DNA from: Trichoplax sp. H2
Lineage: Eukaryota
Assembly: GCA_003344405.1 (NCBI GenBank)
Contig: NOWV01000190.1
Coordinates: forward strand, 62,001 to 126,000
DNA: 64,000 nucleotides
Direction: 5' to 3'
Positions within the stretch are counted from its first letter, which is position 1. Every line of letters begins with the position of its first letter. The notes under the pieces are model-generated. The model saw only the letters and a list, made by a program, of their open reading frames with translations, had not been told where the DNA came from and did not search any database. The translations under genes were made by a program, and so were the position numbers. Below, piece after piece: positions 52,001 to 64,000 of this stretch.

Positions 52001-53872
52001 TATCGTCGTTTTTCCACTTCCAGCCATGCCATATACGAAGACATGGCCTGATTTCCGATCTATATTTTTTAGAGCTGATAATAAAAGATCCATGCACTCA
52101 TGACGAGATATATGACAACTGCTAGTCATGATTGGAACATCTCGGAGTAAATCTATAACGAATTATTAATCAATCAACTATTATTATTACTGACTAATTC
52201 AAGGCAACATTATATGGATTATTTAAACCGGAGAGATTTTCAATAACATTATCTTATAAATAAAAATTTTGTGAAGGTACATTGATGAATAAATGTACCA
52301 TTATACTCTTCATTTAAATAAATTAAATTCGTCAATCTGCTTAAGTTTCAATTAAGGATTAAGCTGTGATCATCACAATATAGAAAGGAGCGTAAAATTT
52401 GATTTACTGTCGATATGACATAAATAAGATGACCAGTGATCGTAGAGAACTGTTAACTGACGCTGTTTTTGACACAATTATCCGATTGTATGATTGCTTT
52501 AAGACCACAGACAAAGGAACTATTAAATCACTATCTTTATAAAAATTATCTCAAATATTCATTTTGTTGGAAATAAATGTATTAGTCAAGCACTTAGTTA
52601 AAAGCAAGTTAATATCTATCGTACCGCGAATAGATTTAATTAACATTGTTAAGGTGTAAATCATTCAATTTTAGCTTCATTAAAAAATAAAGAAGTCGTA
52701 GTTTTATATTTCATCTGTTTACGTCGCTTATAATTATATCAAAAGGCTTCAGAGCTGGCAGCATAAATCATTTTAGGATAATAATAAATACTTTATCTCA
52801 ACGATTGCGATAGGGCGTAAAGCTGATTCTTGAAAATCATAAATTCTTGTCGTGGTGATAAGCACGAATTGAATTTTGAGTAATATTTCTACTAAAAATC
52901 CGTATATGATTTGAATGCGAGCCAAGTCTGAAACAGATTCATGATTTAATAAGCCCAAATATAACTCCAACTCCATAAATGGATCAGTGATTACGCTTGA
53001 AATTGCTTACTTCGCAGAAATACCGTTAAGAATAAAAAAGCACTGTATAGTTGTTATAGCATTTCCAGATTTTGTAACTGACGAAGTGGATATATAATCT
53101 ATTGGTTATTTTTGCATTAAAAGCATTAATACCCTGATAACCTTATCAAGTAAAAGTCTATTTGCACTGATGATAGCAGTAATTTTTAAAGAGATATTTT
53201 CGCTGGAAAAGATTTCTTTCTGATGACTGATCCAATACAAAAGTTTACTACACAGTACCATCCTGCTGCTGCGATGATCAAAAATAGTGTAATTAAATTT
53301 TGATTTCGGAAAAATTCTGTTTATCTTATTGTTACGAGTTTGATGTTCTTGGTCATTTTGGATGTAGAAATGATCGATTCTTAGTGTATTTTAACAAGCA
53401 TAAGCTGATTAGCAATTAGCTCTTTTAACAAAATCATCAATTCTATTTATTCATTAATAAGAATAGGAAAACTGCAGCGCGGAAAGCTGCCACTAATGCT
53501 TTAAAGTGGCTGTTCTACGATAGGAATGGAGTAACAAGAAAACAATTTATTTAATCAGAACTTCATTTACTGTTACGAGAGCGCTAAAAACTTTACCTTC
53601 TGTTGAAGATGTGGCACTTGAGAGTGGACAAACCGATGACATCGAACAGGTTTTGTCTGAAAGAAATTAAATAATCTATCCTTTATAAAATGGTTGAGGT
53701 AACATGAAAGTAATAGTCTTAATTCGTCATACTAGTCTAAATTGTAACTTCAATTATTAACTTGAAACTTAATTGTAAAAACTTCTCTAGAAAATTACTT
53801 CTAAACATCAAATTAAAGCCTTCTGGTGGTTATATGTGCTTCAGAAATTGACTTACAATGGGAAGAATTCAT
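46100..53872 (-). CDS. Apaf-1-like NB-ARC (STAND) protein, multi-exon, divergent C-terminal repeats
   Basis: P-loop VYGMAGSGKT (52007-52030), YWIHIG, Walker B FIFDDVW (~51527-51547), sensor-I ITR, GLPLAV, winged-helix LGVF...LW...LQERSLL, MHD-equivalent LHN, helical domain LLTDIKWI. Further beta-rich exons run down to ~46.1-46.4 kb. The 3' end is approximate and the first exons are predicted. Confidence 0.8.
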
Positions 53873-55120
53873 TTTATTATTTACAGTGTATGAAGCTCCG
53901 ATCGGATGTTTCTCTGCAGCCAGGACAATTCTAACTTCAGGTTAACTTAAATAGCAATTCTTACTAGCGAGCTCTGCTACCCGTGTACATGATTGAATTT
54001 AGGACTTGGCTCACGATAATAGCATAAATCAATTTGTGGGCCCTTCTATATAGTATTCCCACTGTGATATGTCTGGCCTGCTGACTACTTTATTAGTTCA
54101 TAATTACATAATCTGGTATTCCATAATTAGACTAGAGATCACATGTTCTCGATCATTCTCTCTATCTAATGATGTTATTCATTAATGGTTATTATGCTTA
54201 ACGTAACGTTGAAGTAATAGATTGTTTTCATGATCTTGTTAGGCTTAAAGTCCAACAGCGCTCTAAGAATGAGAAGAATGCTCTTTAGAGACAATGTTTC
54301 ATGGATTTAAGCCTGGCACTGTAGCCATAATGCTTTTAATGATAGCATGAAATAGTACGGCAGATACCAATGCTAACCTTACTTCAAATTCGTCAACAGT
54401 TATCGTAGGTATTCATCCATGAAGAGGACAAATGAATGAAGTTGGAAGTAGTAGTCTCTATAACAGCACTGTTGTTTTTGTTGCACCTTAGATATTTCAG
54501 AAAGACTAATGTTATTATTGCAACGACTATCGATGTCGTATGCCACCGTTAAATTTTTGAACCAGTCGCGAATATAGCAATGAAATGTACTGTATCTAGC
54601 TATTGCACATTCCTTAGAGCTACAATAATGTATTATTAAATTTATTATTTCCACAGTGTAATGAACAGTTATAAGTTGATACCTTAACAATAATTTCGCA
54701 TTGCTATGCTTGAAGATTTGCTATAAAATGAGGTTATTCAATAGCCTACAGGTATGCTGCTTGCTAAAAATATTGGGACTCCATATTCTATTTGAAAATT
54801 AATATTTATTACCGTTATTAACTATGATTAAATTGCGTAAGCAGACAGATAGTATTATATAACTTTTCGATATTGAATGTCTGTATCATATATCGATCAT
54901 TAATATCATCATAATTATTATCGATCTTGTCTTCTTACTAACAATATTTACACGATAATGGCAAATATCCACGTTACGAATTTCGCAAAAGTGATCGCAT
55001 TTTTTAACATAGGCTCATTTTCTTATTAAGTTACTTTAAACTACTCCAAAGATCTTTGGATTTGCTCTTCATCGAATATAAACTACTATAACAGTGCCGC
55101 CCGTGAAATTTCATCATCTT

Positions 55121-55495
55121 GTTAGCATTATTGTGCTGCGTAAGGAAATAATTTTCACTATCCGTATATCATAGAAATCAACACTAAAAAATAAAACTCG
55201 ATCTGAAAACGATATGGAGATGAATCGATTAATGAGCTTTTATTACAACATCAACTGAAATTACTATTAGGCCTCTGCACGAGAGAAATTTAAACGAGCG
55301 ATTCGTTAGCATTATTGTGCTGCGTAAGGAAATTTTGATGAAATTTTCACTATCCGTATATCATAGAAATCAACACTATAAAATAAAACTCGATCTGAAA
55401 ACGATACGGAGATGAATCGATTAATGAGCTTTTATACAACATCAACTGAAATTACTATTAGGCCTCTGCACGAGAGAAATTTGAGAGAGCGATTC
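55121..55495. repeat. Recent ~185-190-bp head-to-tail tandem duplication
   Basis: 55121-55304 and 55305-55495 are nearly identical (GTTAGCATTATTGTGCTGCGTAAGG...GCACGAGAGAAATTT). Confidence 0.9.
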
Positions 55496-56525
55496 AGCTA
55501 ATAAAGTTACCCTACAACGCGTAAATTGTATTAATGGAGTACTATCGGAACAGAAAGTTAAATATCAAACCCATATTATTCAACAAACAAGCTCTATGCA
55601 CTCTTGTGAAACGGAGATGAATTTATACGACTCTGATTCATTTTAATGTTAAGAAACTAGGCCTTCACTCTATATCATTCATAAAATGTTTTCTAATGCT
55701 GTAGACTACTAGCAGGTTATCCTAAGTAAGTAGTCCATTGCTAGGCTTACGAAATAGCTGGTTGCACACTAATTACCTCTTTTGGGAATGTTTCAGCTAC
55801 AGCTTCAGTAATTATTTGTGTTAGTCAATTACCTACCCCTTGATTCTTCGTTTATAGCGAATTTTACTTAGTACTAGTAATTAATTCAAACACTGCCACT
55901 ACCGCACCTTCGTTTTAGCCGTGATAGTGATATTTACTTGCCGGATGGAATACAAGATGAGTCATAGTGCTAGCATAACTTTGATAATTAGTAAAACTAC
56001 CAACTACGCACTGATTGAAGAATTTTTTTGTTTCAGCTATTTTTTCATAATCCTATCTTCTTGACTACATGTTGATAAGTAAATCTTTCTGATTTCTTTT
56101 AGTTTCTTCAAGCTTTCAAGTCATTTTAGACAATGCTAGAAAGAAGTATATTGTAAGGAGCTATGCGATGTATTGTTGATGAGGCTAAGATCAAATTATC
56201 ATAACAACGGCTATCCAGCCTATTTTTTTATTAGATATTGATCTACGTATATGATTGATCATGACATTGTCATAAAATGAAGAATTAATTGCATCCAACA
56301 ACAATTGCATGCTATAATGGAATTAACGAACCTATTGAGCGTGCATAGTAACAACCAGTATAATGCATTGAGAAATATTAAACTATGACTGCATTGACAT
56401 AGAACTTTTAATATCAAGTCGAATTAGTCACATTCTACGCAGTCAGTAAATGCAATAGCATTATTAGATAGACATCTCTTTAATCACTAATAATTTATTT
56501 GGAAAACAGTACAGCAAGGATAACG

Positions 56526-58196
56526 ATGGATCTTGTCGATAATCCGGTAGAGTATAAATTAATGACTATGTTAAAAGCGTATCAAGTTAATCGTTTCGAT
56601 AGATTGACCTACAATGAAGGCAAAATTTGGTCATTAAAATGTATTGAACAATTACAACAACAAATCCAAGCCAATGATATAGATAACAAGCACCAAGTAA
56701 ATCATCAAATCTATTATTTATTATCATATCATTACTATAATCTGGGTCGAATATATCAGCTAGGATTAGGTACTACCAACATTGATCAATCACAAGCAAG
56801 TAAGTATTATAAACTAGCTGCAGGGGAAAATCACCCATCGGCAATCTACCAACTAGGAAAATTGTGTGGTTGTACTGGTTGTGACTACGAATATACTAAA
56901 CAACTCAAAAATCAACGTCAAGTCGCTATTTACCGAGTTCGACAATTTGTTGCTAGTGCCGCAATTGATCCTTGGTGTTGCCAAGCAGATGATGAACTTA
57001 CCAAGTGTTGTAAGGCTGATAAAATGTACTACAATGCTTTATATAATCAAAAAATGACTTATAAGCGATTATTGTCTACTTACCAAGATGATGAAGACGA
57101 TAAAAATTTAAGGGATCAGATGGTTCAAATTCCCCGTCATAGTTCTAAACCTCATCAGCATGATAGGGTGCTTGTAAAATTGAGTAGCTTGTATTGCCAA
57201 CTGGGCTATATGATGATTAAATTGAATCAACTACATGGAGAAAATATCGATCTTACTGCCTATCAGTACTTTAGCAAAGCTGCTAAACTCGGAAATGCTT
57301 CCGGTTTCATCAATATTGCTATCTGGAAATATTCACACGGCTACGGCAGTCCAAAAGATTCTGAACACTGTATTCAATTATTCATTAAAGCTAGCCAATA
57401 TAACAGCCCACAAGCTCATTTCTACCTTCTCCAACATTGCTACGAAAAATATATTTCTACTGCGAATATTCGCCAAGCTAATCTCGCTGTAACCCATTCT
57501 AGTTTGGCGCTCGCTTATCCATTTGCTTCTCCTCTCTTCTATATAGCATCATTATTTTGGCTCGGTGGTACTGATAGCATTGATCGCCAACAGTGTCTCT
57601 CTCATCTTAAAATGAGCGTAGCAACCGATGATTATTTTGATCAACGTGGAAGAGGCTTGTCGTATCTGACATTGGGTTGCATTTATAAACGAGGAGAATG
57701 GATTAAAGTCGATTACAGTATTGCAGCTCATTGCTATAGTCGCGCTGCTATCCTTGGCCATCACCAGGGTATTATTGAAGTAGCGAAATTAGTTGAAAAA
57801 GGTAAAATTGCCATAGCAGATGTTCATACCGCCATCCAGTTGTATCGTGCCATTATCGATTCTACCAATATCTCGAACCAAGTTCAAGCATTAGCGATGA
57901 AAAGATTAGGACAACTCTATCTTAAAATGAAGACAACGACGAGTCAATATCGAGGGCGACAATGGATCAATCAAGCATTAAATAAATTTCAACTAGTAAC
58001 TTATGACCCCTTAGCGAAGTGTTGTGCCTACTATCAAATCGCTAGAATTCACCATAAAGGATTAAGTACAGACAAGGAAAATTTAGAGAAAGCCTCCATC
58101 TATTATCGTAAAGTGTTAACATCGAGTAGTCATTGCAGAGATGTAATTTACCCTCGCAAAGCTGAAATTAGATTGAAAGACTTAGATTTGTCATGA
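56526..58196 (+). CDS. Sel1-like repeat (SLR) protein, intronless CDS
   Basis: Long ORF, first ATG at 56526. SLR units such as YNLGRIYQLGLGTTNIDQSQASKYYKLAAGENHPSAIYQLG and LGCIYKRGEWIKVDYSIAAHCYSRAAILGH. Confidence 0.88.
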   Translation: MDLVDNPVEYKLMTMLKAYQVNRFDRLTYNEGKIWSLKCIEQLQQQIQANDIDNKHQVNHQIYYLLSYHYYNLGRIYQLGLGTTNIDQSQASKYYKLAAGENHPSAIYQLGKLCGCTGCDYEYTKQLKNQRQVAIYRVRQFVASAAIDPWCCQADDELTKCCKADKMYYNALYNQKMTYKRLLSTYQDDEDDKNLRDQMVQIPRHSSKPHQHDRVLVKLSSLYCQLGYMMIKLNQLHGENIDLTAYQYFSKAAKLGNASGFINIAIWKYSHGYGSPKDSEHCIQLFIKASQYNSPQAHFYLLQHCYEKYISTANIRQANLAVTHSSLALAYPFASPLFYIASLFWLGGTDSIDRQQCLSHLKMSVATDDYFDQRGRGLSYLTLGCIYKRGEWIKVDYSIAAHCYSRAAILGHHQGIIEVAKLVEKGKIAIADVHTAIQLYRAIIDSTNISNQVQALAMKRLGQLYLKMKTTTSQYRGRQWINQALNKFQLVTYDPLAKCCAYYQIARIHHKGLSTDKENLEKASIYYRKVLTSSSHCRDVIYPRKAEIRLKDLDLS

Positions 58197-59890
58197 TACG
58201 ATATGATTGCTGAAATTATTAATGGAATTGTATGTTGGCATACTAGACAGTATTTTACAGGTAGAATTCATCAGAAGCAGCAGTAATAAATCCATGCATC
58301 ATTCGATTCTATAACATTTTAGTAATACGGTAGTGTAATTAAACTGTAACTGCAAGGCCGATGGACACGAAAGTTATAGAGTCAAATTCGATTACGATTG
58401 GGTTATGGCCGTCGATCTTTACTCCATGTAAACAGAGAGAAACCCACTAATAGCAGTAAATGTTACTTTAATGCTAGTCACTAAAGATTCCAAAGAATAC
58501 GATGAAAACGTTGAATTTAGCAATATTTACTGTAAATCAGCCAAATTAGTGAATCCACTGTACGTTGCAACTGCAATGTTGGTCGAAATTACTACAAAAT
58601 GATGTAATCACTTGTGTATAATTCTTGTAAGGTCTTACTATACATATTATAGGCTATATTCACGGCATGTCATCGAATGAATTAATTGTAATTAAGCATA
58701 AAATTTTAAATTTTAAAGCCATTGTTTTCCACAGTGTGTTACCTGTGGAACTTTAAAATTAAATTATGATGTTGTGAACAGACCTACATTGTAAATTGTT
58801 GAAAGTTAATTTCAGCCGAATCAAAACAGTCTATGTGTGAGGTAGACGAAAGGCAATATTGCTACGTAATTAAAGTGAAGAATCTTCGTTGATTATCGAA
58901 ATAAATGTTATTTCATGTCAAATCTGTGGCACCACCATAACTTAGGCTAAAGCTCGCTATACTGTACAGTACGTTTACTGAATAGTAAAGAATGCTGTAA
59001 TTTGAAAGCAAAATCATCAAACGGTATTTCTTTATTTATCCATCATTAGAAATAATGTACCAGCGATAATTTTGCTGGATGCTCAAAATCAGCAATTACA
59101 TTTATTGATCAATTACATATCCAAGCTTCACCTTGGATAGCGATCCTAACAAGATCATACAGCCTAGCTGCCGACAGGTTGAACTCAATTTCATTATTAT
59201 TTTCAACCTCAAGGCCCTATACATCCAATATCCTGATATGAAATTTCATTAACTCTTTTATTTCAAGACCAAAATTTAAAATTTTTCCAGGCAAGACTTA
59301 TTTAATAAACGTTAATATATTAAGGAAAATATAAAAGGATGTGATATCATCAAGTCTAAACGTACGAATAAGTCATGGATATGTAGTAAGACAGTAAAGT
59401 ATAAAAAAAGGATAACATATACAATATCAATCTTTATTCAGGACAGAGGTGAAAATTCTACCTGTAATATTTCGATACCATGTTATAATCTCATCATACA
59501 AAGTCATACTAGGTGAATAAGTAAAATTATATGAGTATGAACAGTCAGATCAAAGACATTACATAGCCAAAATAGAAGAAAATAAATTCTATACGCATTT
59601 GTGCCTCAATATAATTTTATAAAAATAACATTCCATTACTGTTACTTGAAAATTTTTATGATTATCATATACTGTACATTCAATATTCTTCAAATAGGCT
59701 ATGCCAAAATAGGCCTAGCGGGTAGCATCTTGACCTCCCAACTTTGCACGCCACTGCAATTTTTGTAACCCAAGGTAAACACTTAATACTAAAGCTAGAA
59801 TTGCAAAACCTAGTATTAATGCTTGCATAAAACTATCCATACTGTTTTGTGTTTCACTAATCCTTGACGACATGGCCGATATAGTTACTA

Positions 59891-61540
59891 CTATACATTG
59901 GGTAATTGCTCCAGTTTTCGCTTAGCTTTTTGAGCATAATGAACATCATAAAGTCGATATTGTTCACTATTCCTTTTGATGACGCTTTTATAGTAACTGT
60001 TCGCTTGTTTAATGCTAGCCTTTACTCCAAATCCATGATGATACATGACACCCAAATGATAAAATGCCTTGCCCAAGCAGGTCTTCGACTTGATGACTTC
60101 TTTGTAGATTTTTGCAGCACTGTGAAAATATTTTGCAGCTCGTACGGAATCATGTTGCTCAGGATCATTGCTGTTGTTGAATATTTTCCCTAATCTGTAA
60201 CGGCAGTGAGCAACATGGATCGGGTCGGCCTCTTGGTTAAATGTATAATACAGGTAAACAGCAATGGCATCTTTTAAGGTTGCATTTGGTGCTTTCTTTT
60301 TTTCAATCATTTTAGCTAGATGTAAGTTACTGCTGAGAAAGCCTAGTGACGCTCCGGTAGCATAACATGTGCTAGCCATTGGAATATTCTGTTCGACACC
60401 TTGGCCATGAAGGTATAGATATCCCAGAAGTTCATACGCTGCTGCAGAACCGCTAAAACCCTGATCATTATATTCTTGTGCAAACAATGCTAGCTTCAGA
60501 TATTGGCTAGCTTTCTGCATATCAGGCGGCTTGCCGCCATTACCAGATGAGCAATTCAATGCTGCAATGAGAAGGTTTTTGGTAAAGCTAAAGCTTAACG
60601 ATTTATCGATATTTTCCACAAATTTTAGCCCTATGTCTTTGTTTGCTACCGATGTTGTATCGTTTTGCAGTGCTATTAAAAATAATCCGCGCGAGTGATT
60701 AGCATCAGCAGCCTTCTGTCGGTATTCTAGGACTTTGTTTGTATCTTTATCAGCACCAAATCCATTAGCATAAATTATATTTGCTAAATTTAAGTAGCCA
60801 GCTGGATTACCATATTGTTCTGCAGCCTTGATGAAGTAATTCATTGCAAGTTGATACTTTTCCTGGTTATCGTCTTGGTCTATCAAGTTTACCATGGCTA
60901 TCAAGTAGCCTAGTTCATTGTATATTCTACCTAAAATATTGGCGGGGGTATTGCCAGGTTTATCGATAATAGCACGATGAGATCGAATTAAATTTTTGAC
61001 TGCACATTTCCAATGTGGCGCATCATCTTCGTATGATTCCCATAAGTCATTATGAGCAAAAGTATAATGCGATGACTGAGCAGCCGATTTAACAAAGTTT
61101 TCCACGACAGTATTGGCATATTCTTCTTTACCTAATAAGCGGGCATATGAGTTTCTTTCGTCAGGATTGCACGTATATAAACCGCATATCATGTACTGAG
61201 CGACAGGATGATTGGCTTGTGCGGCAATAGTGTAATGTTGGTAAGCTTTTTGTGGACTTTTGCTTATACCCGATAGGCCTAAGTGATAGAATGCGGCCAA
61301 GCAGGAATGAGCATCAGCATCATTAGTACATTGGCATTTATTTTCCCAGTATTTTTTAACTTCTTCGCCTAGTTCTCGATTTAATTCATCTAACTGAGCG
61401 GAATTGTATATATGATGTAGTTGTTGAGTATTGACTCGGGGTAATGAAAGAAATTCTGACATGACCGGATCACGGTTGGGAGATATGCCTGTGGATGGTA
61501 ATTGCTCATTTTGGTGTTGGTTACTATTTGAATTGCCCAT
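59891..61540 (-). CDS. Sel1-like repeat protein with MGNSNS N-terminus, intronless CDS
   Basis: 549-aa ORF. SLR units LGYLYLHGQGVEQNIPMASTCYATGASLG and AFYHLGVMYHHGFGVKASIKQANSYY. Colinear with the plus-strand SLR gene. Confidence 0.9.
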   Translation of the reverse strand: MGNSNSNQHQNEQLPSTGISPNRDPVMSEFLSLPRVNTQQLHHIYNSAQLDELNRELGEEVKKYWENKCQCTNDADAHSCLAAFYHLGLSGISKSPQKAYQHYTIAAQANHPVAQYMICGLYTCNPDERNSYARLLGKEEYANTVVENFVKSAAQSSHYTFAHNDLWESYEDDAPHWKCAVKNLIRSHRAIIDKPGNTPANILGRIYNELGYLIAMVNLIDQDDNQEKYQLAMNYFIKAAEQYGNPAGYLNLANIIYANGFGADKDTNKVLEYRQKAADANHSRGLFLIALQNDTTSVANKDIGLKFVENIDKSLSFSFTKNLLIAALNCSSGNGGKPPDMQKASQYLKLALFAQEYNDQGFSGSAAAYELLGYLYLHGQGVEQNIPMASTCYATGASLGFLSSNLHLAKMIEKKKAPNATLKDAIAVYLYYTFNQEADPIHVAHCRYRLGKIFNNSNDPEQHDSVRAAKYFHSAAKIYKEVIKSKTCLGKAFYHLGVMYHHGFGVKASIKQANSYYKSVIKRNSEQYRLYDVHYAQKAKRKLEQLPNV

Positions 61541-64000
61541 GATGATATTCCAACTTGTCCGGTGCGGTCGATACTAATTTCCTTTACACCTTCAACGGCT
61601 CGGCTCTTTCGCACAGAGTGGATAATCGTCTGATAGGACTACTTATGGCGAATGGTATTGGTTATTACGTTATTTGTATATCCAATGGATAAACTATTAG
61701 TCCATTCTTTAATGTCTCTCCAAAGCAGAATTTACTTGACGGTGGCAGAAAAAATTCCTTCGTTGTACTGTACCAAATGGAAAGAAAAATAGGCATAGCA
61801 AGTCTAGTCAGATTCAATTGGATACTTTTGAACTAGTTGGAAAGATTGACAGCCTTGACTAGTGTTAATCCAACTGTACTGTACTTGCAACCAACAGATT
61901 GATTCTATTCTATGATTGGTAATTAGTCACTGCTGTTAAGAAGAACTATTCTAGTGAGTAGTATACTGGTAGACCATGCATTGCCGACCAGGACATTATG
62001 GTAGAACTATAGTCAATGCAATATTAACCCAATCTATGGTTAGCAATGTCCAAAGTAAGAACCTGTTTACGCATGTTTTGAACAACTACTAATGGTCTAT
62101 CGATACTGTACAATGGTTATCTTCTAATCAAGGATAAACTGTCTCCAAATTGGATAATACTCGTCTGTAGTCAATTGAATAGTAAAAAGTACCAATACGA
62201 TTTAGGCAATCTAGATTATCCTATAAGGAAAGAAAATAACTCTCCATCCCCGCAAGGATCGATTGATGCATTCGGCTCGTACCTTGACTGGAGATGGAAC
62301 CTTTCGGTAAGACTTGATCGTTGATTGGCTTTTAAATGCTGGCCCCAAAAAAAGAAGAAGGAGAAAGACGATTAACGATTCAACTGATGTTCTTTGTCCA
62401 TTTTAGGAATGAAGCCTAATTAATTTAAGTTAATCTATGGTGCTTGGTGGCCAATAATAGCCATTTGTCAATGATGTAGAGTGGATTGTGAATAGCAGTC
62501 GAATGACGACGTCAACAGACTAGAAAGTTAGTGTACGACGTCGAATAACATTCGTTTACTGATTGATTATGGCCACGGAAGCGCTTTGGCGTAATATGAC
62601 GAGGAACAAAAACCAGGAAGGAAATAACAAGAATTCAAGTATCAAGACTCGTATCCATGCTCCAATTTGAAGCATTTATTGCTGGTCCCCCACCCCAATT
62701 GACGTCAGTTTCTCTCTTTCTAAGGACAATGTTGCCATCACGATGCTAGTTTGCAAATTGTTCATGACATCGGGTCGATAGGAAGACAAGGCATCATTGC
62801 TGATTCATTTATCCCTTGGAGTGTAAGTCTATGCTATGTTGAAGATGGATCAAATTACAGTCCATTTATTCTTCTATTGGTCATGCATTTCATGCTAGAA
62901 CATGGACTGCTTGTACAAGCGTTTACGATCGGCCGATTGCTAGAGTTAGAGTGGTGATGATGGCAACAAGTCGATGGAAAGTATAGCATCCAACCCTGGC
63001 CATTCTCATCTTCAACGTCAATATTATTGCTACAGTAAGATCGCTCTCGAGTTGAATACTAGTATCGCCATGACAGTTACTTTCTAGAAAAGAAAAATGA
63101 GACAGTCTCTACTCTATACAAGGGATCCGATTGGCAAGCTCTATCTATTAACCTCCCTATTGAAAAAAAAAAAAAGTGTTTACAAGATAGAGCTATTCTA
63201 TCCAACCCTGTGGAATAATAAGGCATTCAAGACAGCCCATGGCTAATGCCTTGGTATGGTAAACAAGATTGTGCCAGGACAAGTCGCACAACAAATGGTC
63301 TGTTGACGTACTAACGCTGTCCAACTTCTCCATGATGGAGGTGCTCGAAAATGATCCAGTCTCTACCTCTGCCATTAGTTGACTGTACTCTTGGATCAAA
63401 TAGTTCCTTCTGGGTTGTATGAAGAGTGATGCATGAGATGAACATGGAGTCCAACGGGGGATCCACTTAGAAGAACGATGGATCGCTATGGTCAATGGGG
63501 TTGGATTTAATGCACTCTTTTCCAGCCTTCATCAAGCTGGATAATCTACTCCAGTGTTGACACCTTGATTGAACTCATGAATATCACCGCAATGGCAACG
63601 GCGTCTGAATTTTCATCCACTCCCATCTCACCATGGCGCCACTAAGAAAACGCCATCAAATAAACTACTGGACGATAACCAACCTATCAACTAACCTAAA
63701 TACAATCTTCAATTGGCCTACTGCTATCCCAATTTCAGGCGATCGCCAACTTTTCCCCAGCGCTGCTGCGTTCCGTCTCACGGCTCTTTCACAAATGTTT
63801 CCTGGCGTCCGAGGCTCTTCTACCGTAGGCTCGCCGCCAGTCTTCAGTCCTCTACACTCTACACTGTAGAGTCTACAGTACCAAGGCAAACAGCGTCACA
63901 GTGGTAAAACTTCCCTACCAAGTCTCAGCCAGCAAGCTTCCTATTGTACAGTACACTGTACTGTACACTGTCGACTACAGTCCACCATCTACAGTATCTG

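Noticed and set aside
52700-53350. CARD exon or nested GPCR relic within the NB-ARC intron (includes ORF 52773-52976)
   Set aside because: No death-fold pattern; only vague hydrophobic, stop-ridden similarity to GPCR helices.
1-64000. tRNA/rRNA genes or bacterial endosymbiont contamination
   Set aside because: No cloverleaf or rRNA motifs were recognised; spliceosomal introns and animal gene families span the window.

Overview
AT-rich, intron-rich eukaryotic DNA with short GT-AG introns and three 20-N gaps. The gene content looks like a non-bilaterian animal, possibly a placozoan (inference only). In order: (1) a BTB-BACK-Kelch pseudogene interrupted by a solo LTR; (2) a minus-strand array of single-coding-exon rhodopsin-class GPCRs (two intact, one with a 1-nt frameshift, one decayed relic); (3) a mobile-element nest at ~21.6-24.7 kb with LTR pieces, a degenerate tandem repeat and a heavily decayed reading frame whose motif order matches a Fanzor1/TnpB-type RNA-guided RuvC nuclease; (4) two tandem multi-exon P5B-type (ATP13A-like) ATPases with altered substrate-site residues; (5) a minus-strand Apaf-1-like NB-ARC gene apparently lacking an N-terminal CARD; (6) a convergent pair of intronless Sel1-like-repeat genes. 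Four solo LTRs of two families carry 5-bp target-site duplications, and one sits beside its own empty site. All calls come from manual reading and translation; no database searches were run.
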